A stretch of 62,124 nt of DNA, counting the filler. It is 4 parts of 4 records of this genome, joined end to end, with 100 filler letters (N's around TTAATTAATTAA, not from the genome) between each part and the next. Parts side by side here need not be neighbours in the genome. Positions count along the whole stretch, not along the records: positions 1 to 18,281 come from DRR723986_9725; 3 more parts are not named here. One strand, 5' to 3'. Under the pieces are notes generated by a model. The model saw only the letters and a list, made by a program, of their open reading frames with translations, was not told where the DNA came from and did not search any database. This document shows, one piece after another, positions 1 to 10,589 of the stretch. The first letter of the stretch is position 1. Each line of letters starts with the position of its first letter. The position numbers and the translations under genes are program-made.

Positions 1-1451
1 TCATCGACACCCATCCGGCAGGTTCCGACAGGATGAAAAATGGTTGTCCCGATGTCGCCCGCAGCACACATAAGCGCTTCATCGGACTGGACGTCAGGGC
101 CCGGCAGAGCTTCCTCCGGCTCATATTTTTTCAAGGAAGGCATGGTCAGCAGGGTGCGTGCATGACGCAGGGACCTGAGTGCAACCGTCCTGTCACCAGG
201 AGCGGACAGATAGCGCGGTGTTATTTTCGGTGGGCTTTCAGGGCTGTCCGAAGCGATGTGCACGGTGCCACGACTTTCCGGCTGGAGATTGCAAACCGAA
301 ACGGTAACGGCCGGATAGGGATGCAAAGGCTCGCCGAGCCGGTCAGTCGACAGGGGCTGAATGTGATACTCCAGATCGGGCGTCGCCACATCCGGGCTGC
401 TGCGGGTGAAAATGCCGAATTGGCTGGGCGCCATGGAAAGCGGGCCTGACCGCGACCACAGATATTGGGCGGCCATCGACACTTTGCCTGAGAGCGAATT
501 GACGACCTGGTTCAAGGTCCGGGCATTGCGGACTCGAAATACCATGCGCAGTTGAAGGTGGTCCTGGAGGTTCTCACCGACGTCATCCAGGGCATGCTCC
601 ACATCTATGCCGGCCTTCCTGATGACCTCCGGCCGGCCGATGCCTGACAGTTCAAGCAGCGCGGGAGAATGAACGGCTCCCGCCGCAAGCAGGACTTCTT
701 TTCCGGCCGTGGCTATAAGCTCCTGTCCTGCGCAACCGAAGGCAACGCCCGTGGCGCGGCGGCCGTCCAGAATGATCCGCTCGACTGTGGCGCCGGTCAA
801 AAGCCGCAGATTGCCGCGTTTCAGCGCCGGTTTCAGAAAGCCGCGTGCCGAACTCCAGCGGCGGCCGCCTTTCTGGTTGACCTCGAAATAACCTGCGCCT
901 TCGTTGTCTCCTGCGTTGAAATCGGTCGTTCGGGGAATGCCCATTTCGCTTGCGGCGCTCTGGAAATCATCCAACAGGTCCCATCTCAACCGCTGCCGTG
1001 CGACCTTCCACTCTCCACCCGCACCATGCATCCTGCCATCCGCATCCGGTCTGTCCTCGGACCGCACGAAGTAGGGCAGAACGTCTTGCCAGCTCCAGCC
1101 GGTGTTTCCCATCTGCGCCCAGCCGTCGTAGTCGGCTGCCTGACCGCGCATGTAGATCATGCCGTTGATGGAGCTGCATCCGCCGAGAACTTTCCCCCGC
1201 GGGTAGGCGAGAGACCTGCCGTTCAGCCCCGGATCGGCCTCCGTTCGAAGCATCCAGTCCGTACGCGGATTGCCCATGCAGTAGAGATACCCGACCGGAA
1301 CATGGATCCAGGGGTAGCTATCCTTGCCGCCCGCTTCCAGAAGCAGAACCCTGTTGGCCGGATCTGCCGAAAGGCGATTGGCAAGCACGCATCCGGCCGT
1401 TCCGGCTCCTATGATGATGTAGTCGTATTCGCCGTCTAACCTGCGTCTCAT
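1..1451 (-). CDS. GMC family oxidoreductase (choline dehydrogenase-like), 3' end runs off the window
   Basis: Not in the ORF track because it is truncated. Manual translation from the ATG at 1451 gives [42 protein letters not shown], the FAD-binding start typical of GMC oxidoreductases. Confidence 0.9.
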   Translation of the reverse strand, partial: MRRRLDGEYDYIIIGAGTAGCVLANRLSADPANRVLLLEAGGKDSYPWIHVPVGYLYCMGNPRTDWMLRTEADPGLNGRSLAYPRGKVLGGCSSINGMIYMRGQAADYDGWAQMGNTGWSWQDVLPYFVRSEDRPDADGRMHGAGGEWKVARQRLRWDLLDDFQSAASEMGIPRTTDFNAGDNEGAGYFEVNQKGGRRWSSARGFLKPALKRGNLRLLTGATVERIILDGRRATGVAFGCAGQELIATAGKEVLLAAGAVHSPALLELSGIGRPEVIRKAGIDVEHALDDVGENLQDHLQLRMVFRVRNARTLNQVVNSLSGKVSMAAQYLWSRSGPLSMAPSQFGIFTRSSPDVATPDLEYHIQPLSTDRLGEPLHPYPAVTVSVCNLQPESRGTVHIASDSPESPPKITPRYLSAPGDRTVALRSLRHARTLLTMPSLKKYEPEEALPGPDVQSDEALMCAAGDIGTTIFHPVGTCRMGVD

Positions 1452-1487
1452 GAGGTCGTCTCGATTGCCATTCTTGAGGGAAGTGCG

Positions 1488-2816
1488 TCAGTGCAGTGCG
1501 AGGGCCGGGAACATCACCAAAAGCCCTACCGCAATGACCTGAAGAGCGATGAACGGAACCAGGGACCGGAAGATCTCTCCGAGGGAAATCTCGGGTGGTG
1601 TCACGCTTTTCAGATAGAATGCGGCTGGTCCGAAAGGTGGCGTCAGGAAAGACACCTGCATGTTCATGGCAAACAAGACGCCGAACCAGACGGGGTCATA
1701 GCCAAGTTCCTTGATGATAGGCACGAAGATCGGCATCGTCAGAAGTGCGATCCCGACCCAATCCAGGAACATTCCGAGTATGAAGAGAATGAGCATCATG
1801 AACAGGATGATGACGGTCGGATTGTCGGATATGCCGGTGATGAGCTGGGAGATGAAACGGATGCCGCCCATCAGGTTATAGACGCCCACCAGGGCGCTGG
1901 CACCGATGCCGATCCACATGATCATGCCGACGGTTGCCAATGTGTGCATCGACGCATCCAGCAACATGGAGAAGGAAAACTCCCGCCGCAGGATGGTCGA
2001 CACGATCACGCCGGCGACCCCGATGGCCGAGGCTTCCGTCACCGAGGCGATGCCGCCATAGATCGAACCCAGGACCACCAACACCACCGCCATCGGCAAG
2101 ACCAGGCCGCGCAGCAGAGGCAGATGTTCTGAAAGCGAGATCCGTTTTTCAGGCGGGGGAGGCGCGACCTTGGGATCGGTGTACGAACGGAACAGGATAT
2201 AGGCGATATAAAGCCCCGCCAGCATGAAGCCCGGGACGAACGCCGCAGTGAACAGGTCCCCGACAGAGACGTTTGCCGTCAGTCCGTAGATGATGAGAAC
2301 GATGGACGGAGGCACCATTGTGCCGAGCGCACCACCGGCGCAGACAACACCGATTGCCAGGCGGCGGTCATAGCCAAGTCTCAGCATCTGCGGCAGGGCG
2401 ACGAGGCCCAGGAGCACGATTTCCCCGCCGATAATGCCGCTCATTGCAGCCAGGATAACAGCCACGAATATGGTCTGGACCGCCACGCCCCCACGCAGCC
2501 GTCCGCCGACGAGTTTCATCGCGTCGAACAGATCCCTGGCAATGCCGGACCGGTCGAGGATCGCTGCCATCAGCACGAACATGGGCACTGAAATGAAGAC
2601 GAAGGACGAGACAAAACTGTAGACGCGGCTGGTGATCAACGGAACGGCCATCGGTCCGAACCAGCCAACTGCAAAAAGAAGGGCAACCAGCAAGGTCACC
2701 ATGGCAAGAGGCATGCCGGTCAGAAGAAGTCCGACCAGAAGGGCGAACATCACCAATGTGCCCCAACCGATGCCGAGTGCCTTGAGGTTCAGACCAAAAT
2801 CGAGAAGGTCAAGCAT
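1488..2816 (-). CDS. dctM: TRAP transporter large permease
   Basis: 442 aa, highly hydrophobic, with DctM motifs GALGTMVPPSI and FLTPPFG. Confidence 0.93.
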   Translation of the reverse strand: MLDLLDFGLNLKALGIGWGTLVMFALLVGLLLTGMPLAMVTLLVALLFAVGWFGPMAVPLITSRVYSFVSSFVFISVPMFVLMAAILDRSGIARDLFDAMKLVGGRLRGGVAVQTIFVAVILAAMSGIIGGEIVLLGLVALPQMLRLGYDRRLAIGVVCAGGALGTMVPPSIVLIIYGLTANVSVGDLFTAAFVPGFMLAGLYIAYILFRSYTDPKVAPPPPEKRISLSEHLPLLRGLVLPMAVVLVVLGSIYGGIASVTEASAIGVAGVIVSTILRREFSFSMLLDASMHTLATVGMIMWIGIGASALVGVYNLMGGIRFISQLITGISDNPTVIILFMMLILFILGMFLDWVGIALLTMPIFVPIIKELGYDPVWFGVLFAMNMQVSFLTPPFGPAAFYLKSVTPPEISLGEIFRSLVPFIALQVIAVGLLVMFPALALH

Positions 2817-3405
2817 CGCTGTCTCCCCCTGTCCGGAGTGGTCGGCGCAGGTAATTCACCGTCAGGATCAGGAACTGGATGCTCATGGTGACCATCACCA
2901 CGAGCAGGAAGATCTTCAGGAGGGCCGGCGCGGGCGAGTTCCAGGCGCTGCCGCTGGTTTCCAGGAAGAAGGACCCATCCGGGCGGAACATCGCTTTCTT
3001 GACCATGAGCCAGGATGCCCAGGCAAAGAACAGGCACGCCAGCAGACTGGCCATGGAAATCAGCACATCCAGAACCCTGCGTGCACGCCGGCTGACCACG
3101 TCGTAAATCAGCACGACACGGATGTGCGAATTGCGAGCGACACAGAAAAGACCACCGAAGATGAAGGTGACGGCACTGAGGAAGGTGGTTGTTTCATGCG
3201 CCCAGATCGTGGGCGAGTTGAAGACATATCGAAGGAAGATTTCGACGACCAGCACCGCCATGGCGATGATGATTCCAACCGCGAACAATCGGGCAAGGCG
3301 GGTAATTGCCCAACCCAATCCGCCAGATTCAGGCAAATATTCCTGAGCCGGCACAAGAGGTTCGGCCTGATCCGGCACTGGGGCACGTTCTGGCGGCAGA
3401 GGCAT
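2809..3405 (-). CDS. dctQ: TRAP transporter small permease
   Basis: Four TM segments with RYVFNSPTIWAHE and HIRV motifs; overlaps dctM. Confidence 0.9.
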   Translation of the reverse strand: MPLPPERAPVPDQAEPLVPAQEYLPESGGLGWAITRLARLFAVGIIIAMAVLVVEIFLRYVFNSPTIWAHETTTFLSAVTFIFGGLFCVARNSHIRVVLIYDVVSRRARRVLDVLISMASLLACLFFAWASWLMVKKAMFRPDGSFFLETSGSAWNSPAPALLKIFLLVVMVTMSIQFLILTVNYLRRPLRTGGDSDA

Positions 3406-3636
3406 GGACAGCCACTCCAGTCTGAGAATGGGAGATCAACCACAACCACCGGGGACGTTACCGATCGTCCCCTGAAACAGGCCGGCAGGCGGCAGCGTGT
3501 CGGGGCCAGACACGGTTGCCCGGTTCCCGGGCGCATATGTCCGAGCCAACGCCCTCAAAGGGTTGCTTGCCGGTTGTGGCTTATCAAAAGTTCGAAGGAG
3601 GAATTCGGGCGCTGAGGCAGCGCCCGAAAACATGTG

Positions 3637-4653
3637 TCACTTCAACATGCCCTGACTGTCGAGATAGGAGGTCAGGGTCTCATAGACGTTCTGGGCATTG
3701 TCGGAGCGCGCTGCCACCTTGGCCCACTGGTCCATCGCGATCCTGCGGAACTTCGCCCGTTCTTCTGCCGACCAGTTGTGAACGGTGATGTTCGGGTCTG
3801 CGGTCGCTTCCGCATAGGTCTTCAGGTCGTTCATCGACAAGATGGCAACCGCATCCTGGGCAAAGTCACGAACGGAGACTGTCAGGATTTCCTGAAGATC
3901 AGAGGGAAGCGCGTTCCATTTGTCGAGGTTCATGGAAACTTCCACCAGAGGCATGGAATGGAACCCCGGATAGACCGGATGTTCGGCAACCTTGTGCAGG
4001 CCCTGCTGGTGATTGGTTGAAAAGACGGTGGAATCCGCAGCGTCGATAACGCCCTTGTCGAGCGCTGTGTAAACCTCGGAATAGGGCAGGTTGACCGGAA
4101 CCGCGCCGGCGGCCGCGAAGACTTCCTGAATGAGGCCTTCCGGGGCCCGTACCTTCAGGCCTTTCAGGTCATCGACCCCGTCCAGAGGACGTTTGGAAAC
4201 GAAACCTTCAAGACCCGTGGTGGTGGCGCCGATGAAATGAAGACCATACGGCTCCTCAAGCGCGTTCATCAGCTCATAGCCACCGCCGTAGTTGATGAAG
4301 CGGAACATTTCGTCGGGTGCCGCCCAGGCACCGATGGGGTTTGCAATCAGCCCGAACGCAGGATCCTTGCCGGAGAAATAGCTGACGTCGGTAATGTGGC
4401 CGTCCAGAATGCCATTGCCGACTGCGTCCTGGGTTTCATTGTATTCGACAACCGAGCCAACCGGCAGAAGCTCAATCGACAACCGGCCGCCGGACATCAG
4501 TTTTACACGTTCTGTCCAGGCCTGCTGGATGGCGAAGTTCGGGTTTCCGGCCGGATCGACCGACTGGAATGTCAATTCGAAATCCTGTGCGACGACCGAG
4601 GTGCTGCTGAGCATGCACGCTGCGATGAACGTCTTGAAAAACGTCACTTTCAT
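3637..4653 (-). CDS. dctP: TRAP transporter substrate-binding protein
   Basis: Signal peptide MKVTFFK after a GGAGG RBS; motifs DLKGLKVR and EVYTALDKGVID. Confidence 0.92.
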   Translation of the reverse strand: MKVTFFKTFIAACMLSSTSVVAQDFELTFQSVDPAGNPNFAIQQAWTERVKLMSGGRLSIELLPVGSVVEYNETQDAVGNGILDGHITDVSYFSGKDPAFGLIANPIGAWAAPDEMFRFINYGGGYELMNALEEPYGLHFIGATTTGLEGFVSKRPLDGVDDLKGLKVRAPEGLIQEVFAAAGAVPVNLPYSEVYTALDKGVIDAADSTVFSTNHQQGLHKVAEHPVYPGFHSMPLVEVSMNLDKWNALPSDLQEILTVSVRDFAQDAVAILSMNDLKTYAEATADPNITVHNWSAEERAKFRRIAMDQWAKVAARSDNAQNVYETLTSYLDSQGMLK

Positions 4654-4737
4654 ACTTTCCTCCCTGAATTGGACATGTTTGGTGATCCCATGTCCTCGGA
4701 TCATGTTGCGGGTTGCAGGTCCCGCAGGAGCTTTGCG

Positions 4738-5775
4738 TCAGGCCGCCCCGCTAAGTGCTGGCGTGACCGGTGAATTGACGAGGTTGCGAAGGCGGCCCTC
4801 GCGCAGGAACTGCATGGCCGTTTCCACTGAAAGGCGCCGCGCGTCGGCGACGCTTTCCGGGCTGGACCAGGCCGCATGGGGCGTCACGAACAAGCGCTCA
4901 CCGACGATCGGATCGGCGCCATTGGCATAGGCAAGGGCGATTTCATCGGATTTGGAAGGCGGCTCGACCGGAAGCACGTCGATCCCGGCACCTGCGATCG
5001 TTTGCAATCGCAAGGCGTCCAGAAGCGCGTTCACGTCGATGATCGCGCCGCGCGCCGTGTTGATCAGAATTGCGTGCGGCTGCATCATCGACAGTCGCTC
5101 GGCGTTGATCATGTTGCGGGTTTCAGCCGTCAGCGGACAATGCAGGCTGACGACATCGCTCTGGGATAGCAGTTCTTCCAGATGGTCGCACCGGTCCACG
5201 CCTGCGGCGATCTCGGTACCCCGGGACACCAACGGATCATATGCCAGAACACGCATGCCGAAGGCCTTGGCCCGAAGGGCCGTGGCAATGCCGATCCGTC
5301 CGAGGCCGATCACGCCGAACGTCTTGCCGCGCAAGCGCGCCAGCAGCGGTGCCCGGGCATGGTCAAAGCCGTCTTGGGGCGATTGCATGAGGTTGCGATG
5401 ATAGCTGGCGATACCGCGCCGCATGGTGAGCATCAGGGCTATGGCATGATCTGCAACTTCGCTGGTGCCGTAGTCCGGTGTATTGCACACCGGAATGCCT
5501 GCACTGGCGGCTGCCTGAAGGTCGATGTGGTCAAATCCGACACCGGCTCTCACAATGATCTTGCACCGGTCCAGCTTTGAAATGAGCTGGGGTGAAACCG
5601 GCATTTCATGCCAGACCACCATCGCATCACACAACCGCAGAACCTCTTCAGGCAACTGCTCGGGAGAGCGCTCGCGGTAAATATCCCAGTCCACATCGTC
5701 ACCCGCCGTGGCCCGTTCGATCAAGGCATCGTCTGGGTATTGGGCATCAGGGGTCAGGAGACGCAGGCGGGACAT
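4738..5775 (-). CDS. D-isomer-specific 2-hydroxyacid dehydrogenase (C-terminal-binding-protein-like)
   Basis: Motifs RAGVGFDHID, GLGRIG, SLHCPLT, INTARG, DVLPVEP and TPHAAW. Start placed at MSRLRLL. Confidence 0.9.
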   Translation of the reverse strand: MSRLRLLTPDAQYPDDALIERATAGDDVDWDIYRERSPEQLPEEVLRLCDAMVVWHEMPVSPQLISKLDRCKIIVRAGVGFDHIDLQAAASAGIPVCNTPDYGTSEVADHAIALMLTMRRGIASYHRNLMQSPQDGFDHARAPLLARLRGKTFGVIGLGRIGIATALRAKAFGMRVLAYDPLVSRGTEIAAGVDRCDHLEELLSQSDVVSLHCPLTAETRNMINAERLSMMQPHAILINTARGAIIDVNALLDALRLQTIAGAGIDVLPVEPPSKSDEIALAYANGADPIVGERLFVTPHAAWSSPESVADARRLSVETAMQFLREGRLRNLVNSPVTPALSGAA

Positions 5776-5822
5776 GAAATACCTCTTGAACTTCAAAGTG
5801 CATTTTGTGTTTGCATTGGCTC

Positions 5823-5838
5823 TTCTAGAATTCTAGAA
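5823..5838. promoter_or_regulatory. Perfect palindrome TTCTAGAATTCTAGAA, candidate operator of the divergent GntR regulator
   Basis: 16-bp palindrome, also two tandem copies of TTCTAGAA, in the AT-rich divergent intergenic region. Confidence 0.5.
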
Positions 5839-5950
5839 TTTACTCGAATGTCAAACAAATTTTTGAAACTATGAAAAAAGCAAGGTTTTTGGCGATTACA
5901 GGTCTGCTAGACCGTGGTGTAGTGAGCCAGGTGGATGCGAGGAGAACAGA

Positions 5951-6658
5951 GTGTCGCTAACCCAGGAAGCCAGCGAGCGCATTCGTGATGCGATCGTGTC
6001 CGGTAAATTTGAATTCGGTGAGCGTCTCTCGGAAGAGCAAATCGCAAGAGCGCTCGGGATGAGCAAGGCACCGGTTCGAGCCGCCTTCATGGAATTGCGT
6101 GACATGGGTCTGGTGACCATTGTCCCACAGGCTGGAACCTACGTGTTCACGCCTTCGCGAAAAGACGTCGAGGAAATGAGCCAATTCCGGGCCATGCTTG
6201 AAAAGGAAGCTCTCCAGATGGCTCTGGAGCGGAACCGAAGTGGGCTGGTGCAACAGTTGTCCGCCGCCATTTCGCAGATGGACCACGCAATAGAAATTGG
6301 TGACCGGCTGCGCTACAGCACGGCCGACAGCGCGTTTCATCGGGTCATTCTTCAGATTGCCGGAAACAGGTATCTTGAAAAGGCCTATGATCTGACTGCA
6401 ACTGCTCTGGCCGCGCTGAGAGCACGCCTTCAGTCAGGCGAGGGCGACTACTGGCACCGCTCCTACGCCGAGCACACCCGCATGCGCGACCTGATCGATC
6501 AAGGCGAATTCGACGCCGCTCACGCACTCCTGCAAGAGCATATCCTGATCATCAATCGATCCCTGGCCCTGCCGGATACCAACACCCAGATCCGCCAGAA
6601 GGCACAGCTGCGCTCGGACCAGGAGTGCCAGGAATTGCTTCTTCAAAGTCAGGGCTGA
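5951..6658 (+). CDS. GntR family transcriptional regulator (FCD domain)
   Basis: N-terminal wHTH (ERLSEEQIARALGMSKAPVRAA) and FCD motifs D..FH, N..L and EH. Confidence 0.9.
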   Translation: MSLTQEASERIRDAIVSGKFEFGERLSEEQIARALGMSKAPVRAAFMELRDMGLVTIVPQAGTYVFTPSRKDVEEMSQFRAMLEKEALQMALERNRSGLVQQLSAAISQMDHAIEIGDRLRYSTADSAFHRVILQIAGNRYLEKAYDLTATALAALRARLQSGEGDYWHRSYAEHTRMRDLIDQGEFDAAHALLQEHILIINRSLALPDTNTQIRQKAQLRSDQECQELLLQSQG

Positions 6659-6764
6659 CTGTCTTCGGTGAGTTGCCGCAAATTTTTGCGGTTAAGCGCT
6701 TGCAACAAGCCCGGCGATACTCGCGGCGCCATGACCTTAATGCGAGGATCTTTTTGGGATCAGA

Positions 6765-7409
6765 TCATTCAAGATCTGATCCCGGCCGTCGGACGACCAA
6801 CAGTTTTCCGGCACCTCCGCTGCCGCAGAAAAAACGATCACCGCCATCAGATTCAAGTCCCGAAACGCCGGAACCCGATGGCATTTGCAAACACTCCAGC
6901 ACATCTCCAGTTGCGGCATTGATGTGCCGGATATCGCTTTCGCCGTCCTGCCAGGTGCCATGCCAAAGCTCGCCATCCACCCATGTAACGCCGGTTACGA
7001 AGCGATCCGATTCAATTGTACGATGAACCTTGCCACTTTCTGGATCCACCTGGTGGATCCTGCGGCCGCGATGCTGTCCAACCCAAAGGAACCCCTCGGC
7101 CCAAGCCAGTCCCGACTGCCCCCCGTCGCCGGGGGTCGGTATCGTGGCCAGCACTTCTCCGGTTGTGGGGTCGATCCTGATGATTGCGTCATCGGCAATC
7201 TGGAAAAGATGAGTTCCATCAAAGGCGGTGCCGGCATCGGCGGCAGTCGCGATCGATCCCGTAATCTCTCCACTTTCCGGATCAAGAGCATTTAGCCTGT
7301 CTCCGGACGCGAACCAGACCCGCTCGCTATCAAAGCTGACCCCGGCAATGTCATCGATGCCGGGAAAGGGCCCGAACTCCCGGATGATCTCTGCTGTTCT
7401 GTGTTTCAT
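6765..7409 (-). CDS. Glutaminyl-cyclase-like / beta-propeller repeat protein
   Basis: Repeated G-[LVT]-x-[WF]-x-x-G blades and DP.SG/TG turns. Confidence 0.6.
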   Translation of the reverse strand: MKHRTAEIIREFGPFPGIDDIAGVSFDSERVWFASGDRLNALDPESGEITGSIATAADAGTAFDGTHLFQIADDAIIRIDPTTGEVLATIPTPGDGGQSGLAWAEGFLWVGQHRGRRIHQVDPESGKVHRTIESDRFVTGVTWVDGELWHGTWQDGESDIRHINAATGDVLECLQMPSGSGVSGLESDGGDRFFCGSGGAGKLLVVRRPGSDLE

Positions 7410-7418
7410 GTGGCAATT

Positions 7419-8639
7419 CTAACCGGTGGCGATTGCAAGGGGGAGTAACAAACTTGTCGGGAATCCCGGAACGCTCGATAGGGTCCAGCGGCAGGCCCGC
7501 CCTCGTCCAAAGGATCGAACCTTCCCGGCAAAGGCAAGGTCTTCAAGCTTCCTTTGAACCGTACGCGAACTTACGTCGAGTGCCATGGCCAGTGCAGAAC
7601 TCGACCAGGCCTCTCCGTCCGCGAGCAGCGCCAGCACCTCCGGGTGGTCGCTTTCCACCGGCGGCGCCAGCACGGCGACCTGGTGAGCGCCGTACAGCTT
7701 CAGAGCAAAACCCAGGCTCGTTGCCCTTACTGCGGCGACGGGTTTGATGACCTTGCGAAGGCGGGCAATCTCGACACGCAACCTCGCCCGGTGCGAGTCG
7801 TCCACATGCTTTGCCCCGAAGGCGTGCATGAGAAGGTTTTCGCGCGAAACATCTTCCGGCCAGACCTCTGCCAACGCCCGGGCCAGAGCAAGCAGGACAG
7901 GGCGGCGGTCGAGTGAGATCATCTTCTCGCCAAGCCGCACTGCATTTCGGCAGGTATCTACAATAAACGTATCGGAAGCGACCAGAGCCTCGACCCCGTC
8001 AAGCTGCAGCAAGTGTTGCCCGTCGCGAGAGACAAGACGGGCGGCCGGTGCCTCCAGCGCATGCCTTGCCTTTTCAACCTCGGCCTTGAGGGAGGGAATA
8101 CCGGCATCCCGGGCAGCACGCGCTGCCTGCTGGAGTGCGGCTCGTGCAGGCCCTGTCCGGATTTGCCGCATGGCAATGCCAGCTACCACAAGACCGTAGC
8201 CGGCTCGAGACGCAAGCGGCAAGACGCCAATGTCGATGCTCTCGAGTGTCATCTGGGCATCTTCAAGCCGGCCGATGAGCAGAAGCTGGCGGGCTTCGAG
8301 ATAGCCGGCATGTGCGGCATTCACCTGGTCACCACCGGCTTCGAGCGTCGCGCGTGTTGCACCGAGCGTTTGAAAGGAACGGCCAAGGTCGCGGCAGACC
8401 AAAGCGATCTCGGCTTCGGCAACCATGCAGCGTGCACGCGCCATCGGCTCATCCGCCCCGAAGGCGTGGGCCGCATCCTTCAGCAGCTCTCTGGCGCGCG
8501 CAAGGTCGCCGAGCTGGGCCATGGCAATGCCGCGCAACGCCAATGCCGGCGCGTCGTTGCGCAGTGCCACCCGTTTCAATACCGCCAGAGGATCTCCGGA
8601 CGAAAGGGCGCGCGCCGCCGCGGCGATCAGCATGTCCAT
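7419..8639 (-). CDS. Large HTH-containing DNA-binding regulator (helical N-terminus, two wHTH regions)
   Basis: Start at MDMLIAAAARAL; RLRVEIARLR winged helix and C-terminal HTH WSSSALAMALDVSSRTVQRKL. Confidence 0.75.
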   Translation of the reverse strand: MDMLIAAAARALSSGDPLAVLKRVALRNDAPALALRGIAMAQLGDLARARELLKDAAHAFGADEPMARARCMVAEAEIALVCRDLGRSFQTLGATRATLEAGGDQVNAAHAGYLEARQLLLIGRLEDAQMTLESIDIGVLPLASRAGYGLVVAGIAMRQIRTGPARAALQQAARAARDAGIPSLKAEVEKARHALEAPAARLVSRDGQHLLQLDGVEALVASDTFIVDTCRNAVRLGEKMISLDRRPVLLALARALAEVWPEDVSRENLLMHAFGAKHVDDSHRARLRVEIARLRKVIKPVAAVRATSLGFALKLYGAHQVAVLAPPVESDHPEVLALLADGEAWSSSALAMALDVSSRTVQRKLEDLAFAGKVRSFGRGRACRWTLSSVPGFPTSLLLPLAIATG

Positions 8640-8743
8640 GGAAATCCCGCCAAACTTGTAACTCTCACCCGCCCCGTCTCCGCATCTATGTCTTTGCTCA
8701 CCGGGCAATGGCCGCAAACGCCGGACCATACGGAGGACCTATA

Positions 8744-9037
8744 ATGACGATGTTTGCAGGAACAGGGAAGACACAAGCACCCTCTGGGCACCGCCGCGAC
8801 ACAGCAGGGTGCCTTCGGCTGGCCGCCGCGCCAACCTTTGGCTCAATGGCATGGATTTCCGCGACCGGAGCACAGGGGTGGGAGATCTGTTCATCCGTTC
8901 CAGGCTTCCTGCCTGTGAATGACATGACCCTGATGTACGTCCTGATGGGCCTGTTCCACCTGCCGCCCTGGCTCAGGCTGATGTCCACCCGCTCGCGGCG
9001 CTTCGATATCCCCACCACCCAAACTGAAGGAGAATGA
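8744..9037 (+). CDS. Small membrane protein
   Basis: GGAGG RBS, ATG at 8744, motifs LAAAPTF and MTLMYVLMGLFHLPPW; stop overlaps the next start. Confidence 0.7.
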   Translation: MTMFAGTGKTQAPSGHRRDTAGCLRLAAAPTFGSMAWISATGAQGWEICSSVPGFLPVNDMTLMYVLMGLFHLPPWLRLMSTRSRRFDIPTTQTEGE

Positions 9038-9732
9038 TCATGCAACACGCTGTTGTTACACATGAAGACTGGCTCGCCGCACGGCGGGACTTGCTGCAAA
9101 AGGAAAAGGAACTCACGCACCTGCGTGACAGTGTTGCCAACGAGCGTCTCGCCTTGCCGTGGGAACGCATCGAGAAGGACTATGTCTTCGATACACTTGA
9201 CGGCCCGCGCTCTCTTGCCGGCCTTTTCGAGGGGCGGTCCCAGCTCGTGGTGCAGCATTTCATGTTGGCGCCGGGATGGAAGGAAGGCTGTCCGAGCTGT
9301 TCTTTCATGGCCGACCACACCGACGGCATGAACCTGCATCTTGCCAACCATGACGTGACCATGATTGCGGTCTCCCGCGCACCGCTTGCCGATATCGAGC
9401 GCTACCGCAAGCGCATGGGCTGGACGTTCGGATGGGTCTCGTCCTTCGGCAGCGACTTCAACTACGATTTTCGGGTCAGTTTCACCCCCGAGGAAGTTGC
9501 CACCGGGCACATCGACTACAATTTCGGTGGCTGGAACATGACGGGCGAGGAATGGCCCGGCGTCAGCGCCTTCATCAAGAACGAGGCCGGCGAAGTTTTT
9601 CGCACATATTCGACTTACGGACGCGGTGTCGAAGTGATGATGGGCACTTATGCCATGCTCGACCTGACGCCCAAGGGGCGCAATGAGGCGAGGGGCATGG
9701 ACTGGGTGCGCCGACACGATCGCTACGAATAA
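9034..9732 (+). CDS. DUF899 thioredoxin-like protein
   Basis: Motifs LLQKEKELT, LPW, GCPSCS, RTYSTYGRG and LDLTPKGRNE. Confidence 0.88.
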   Translation: MIMQHAVVTHEDWLAARRDLLQKEKELTHLRDSVANERLALPWERIEKDYVFDTLDGPRSLAGLFEGRSQLVVQHFMLAPGWKEGCPSCSFMADHTDGMNLHLANHDVTMIAVSRAPLADIERYRKRMGWTFGWVSSFGSDFNYDFRVSFTPEEVATGHIDYNFGGWNMTGEEWPGVSAFIKNEAGEVFRTYSTYGRGVEVMMGTYAMLDLTPKGRNEARGMDWVRRHDRYE

Positions 9733-10106
9733 GCACCTGGGAATTGAGTGCGCAATGCATGCCGGCAGCGCCGGAAAAGGTAAGATCGCCGGGCCTGCAA
9801 AGGCCCGGCAAATTGCAGATTTGCCTCTAGGCCCGCCGGAACCTTTCCGGACGGCAGCGACCAGGGCGAACAGCTATTTGAGACTGCTCGCTCGGGACGT
9901 CTACTCCAACCATCTCGTCATTCCGGAAAGACATTGCCTGAAACACGTCGCTTCGGGCTCGGAAGTGCGTGTCATACCGACTGCGGATCAGACCGACCTA
10001 ACGTGTTCTCGGCCAGAAGCGCAATTTCCTGTTTCAATTGGTAATTCCTGCAGACATTATGTTCCTGGTGACGTTGGGTCACAGCACATCGGGTGGGGGA
10101 ACATTC

Positions 10107-10589
10107 ATGAGCACAACGGCAACGACGGCGCAGACACTGGACCCACCACCGGATTCCTGGGTCGCGCCCGGCGCCAGCGATGGCTTTGCCACAGCCGGGT
10201 TGATTACACTGCTGCTGCTCCTTTTCCTGGTGATCTACCTCTATGCCGTTTTCGACCGCTACGCGGAGCACAAGGGATCGAGGACGCCGATCCGCACCAC
10301 GATCCCGACCATGCTGGTGATCGGCCTTGCCTATGACCTGGTGCCGCCCTTGCGGGACGTGAGCCTTCTGTTGCCGTTGACCCTAATTTTTGCCGCCTTC
10401 GCCTATGACGTCGTTCTCTGGATGAAGCCGGAACCGGCCGCGGACGAGACGTTGCAGGAAGAGGAAACAGCAGCCGTCGAGAACGCGTCGCCTGCCAATG
10501 GAACGACCCCTGCCAAAGAACAACCGATAGCAGAGCAGTCAGTTGCGGATCTGCAGGCACCGGTCGAAGGAAAAGGAGCCAACGCATGA
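10107..10589 (+). CDS. Membrane protein with acidic C-terminal tail
   Basis: About three hydrophobic segments; ATGA-coupled to the HlyD gene. Confidence 0.65.
   Translation: MSTTATTAQTLDPPPDSWVAPGASDGFATAGLITLLLLLFLVIYLYAVFDRYAEHKGSRTPIRTTIPTMLVIGLAYDLVPPLRDVSLLLPLTLIFAAFAYDVVLWMKPEPAADETLQEEETAAVENASPANGTTPAKEQPIAEQSVADLQAPVEGKGANA

Noticed and set aside
33-1439. Plus-strand ORFs of 138 and 256 aa
   Set aside because: They are antisense shadows of the minus-strand GMC oxidoreductase.
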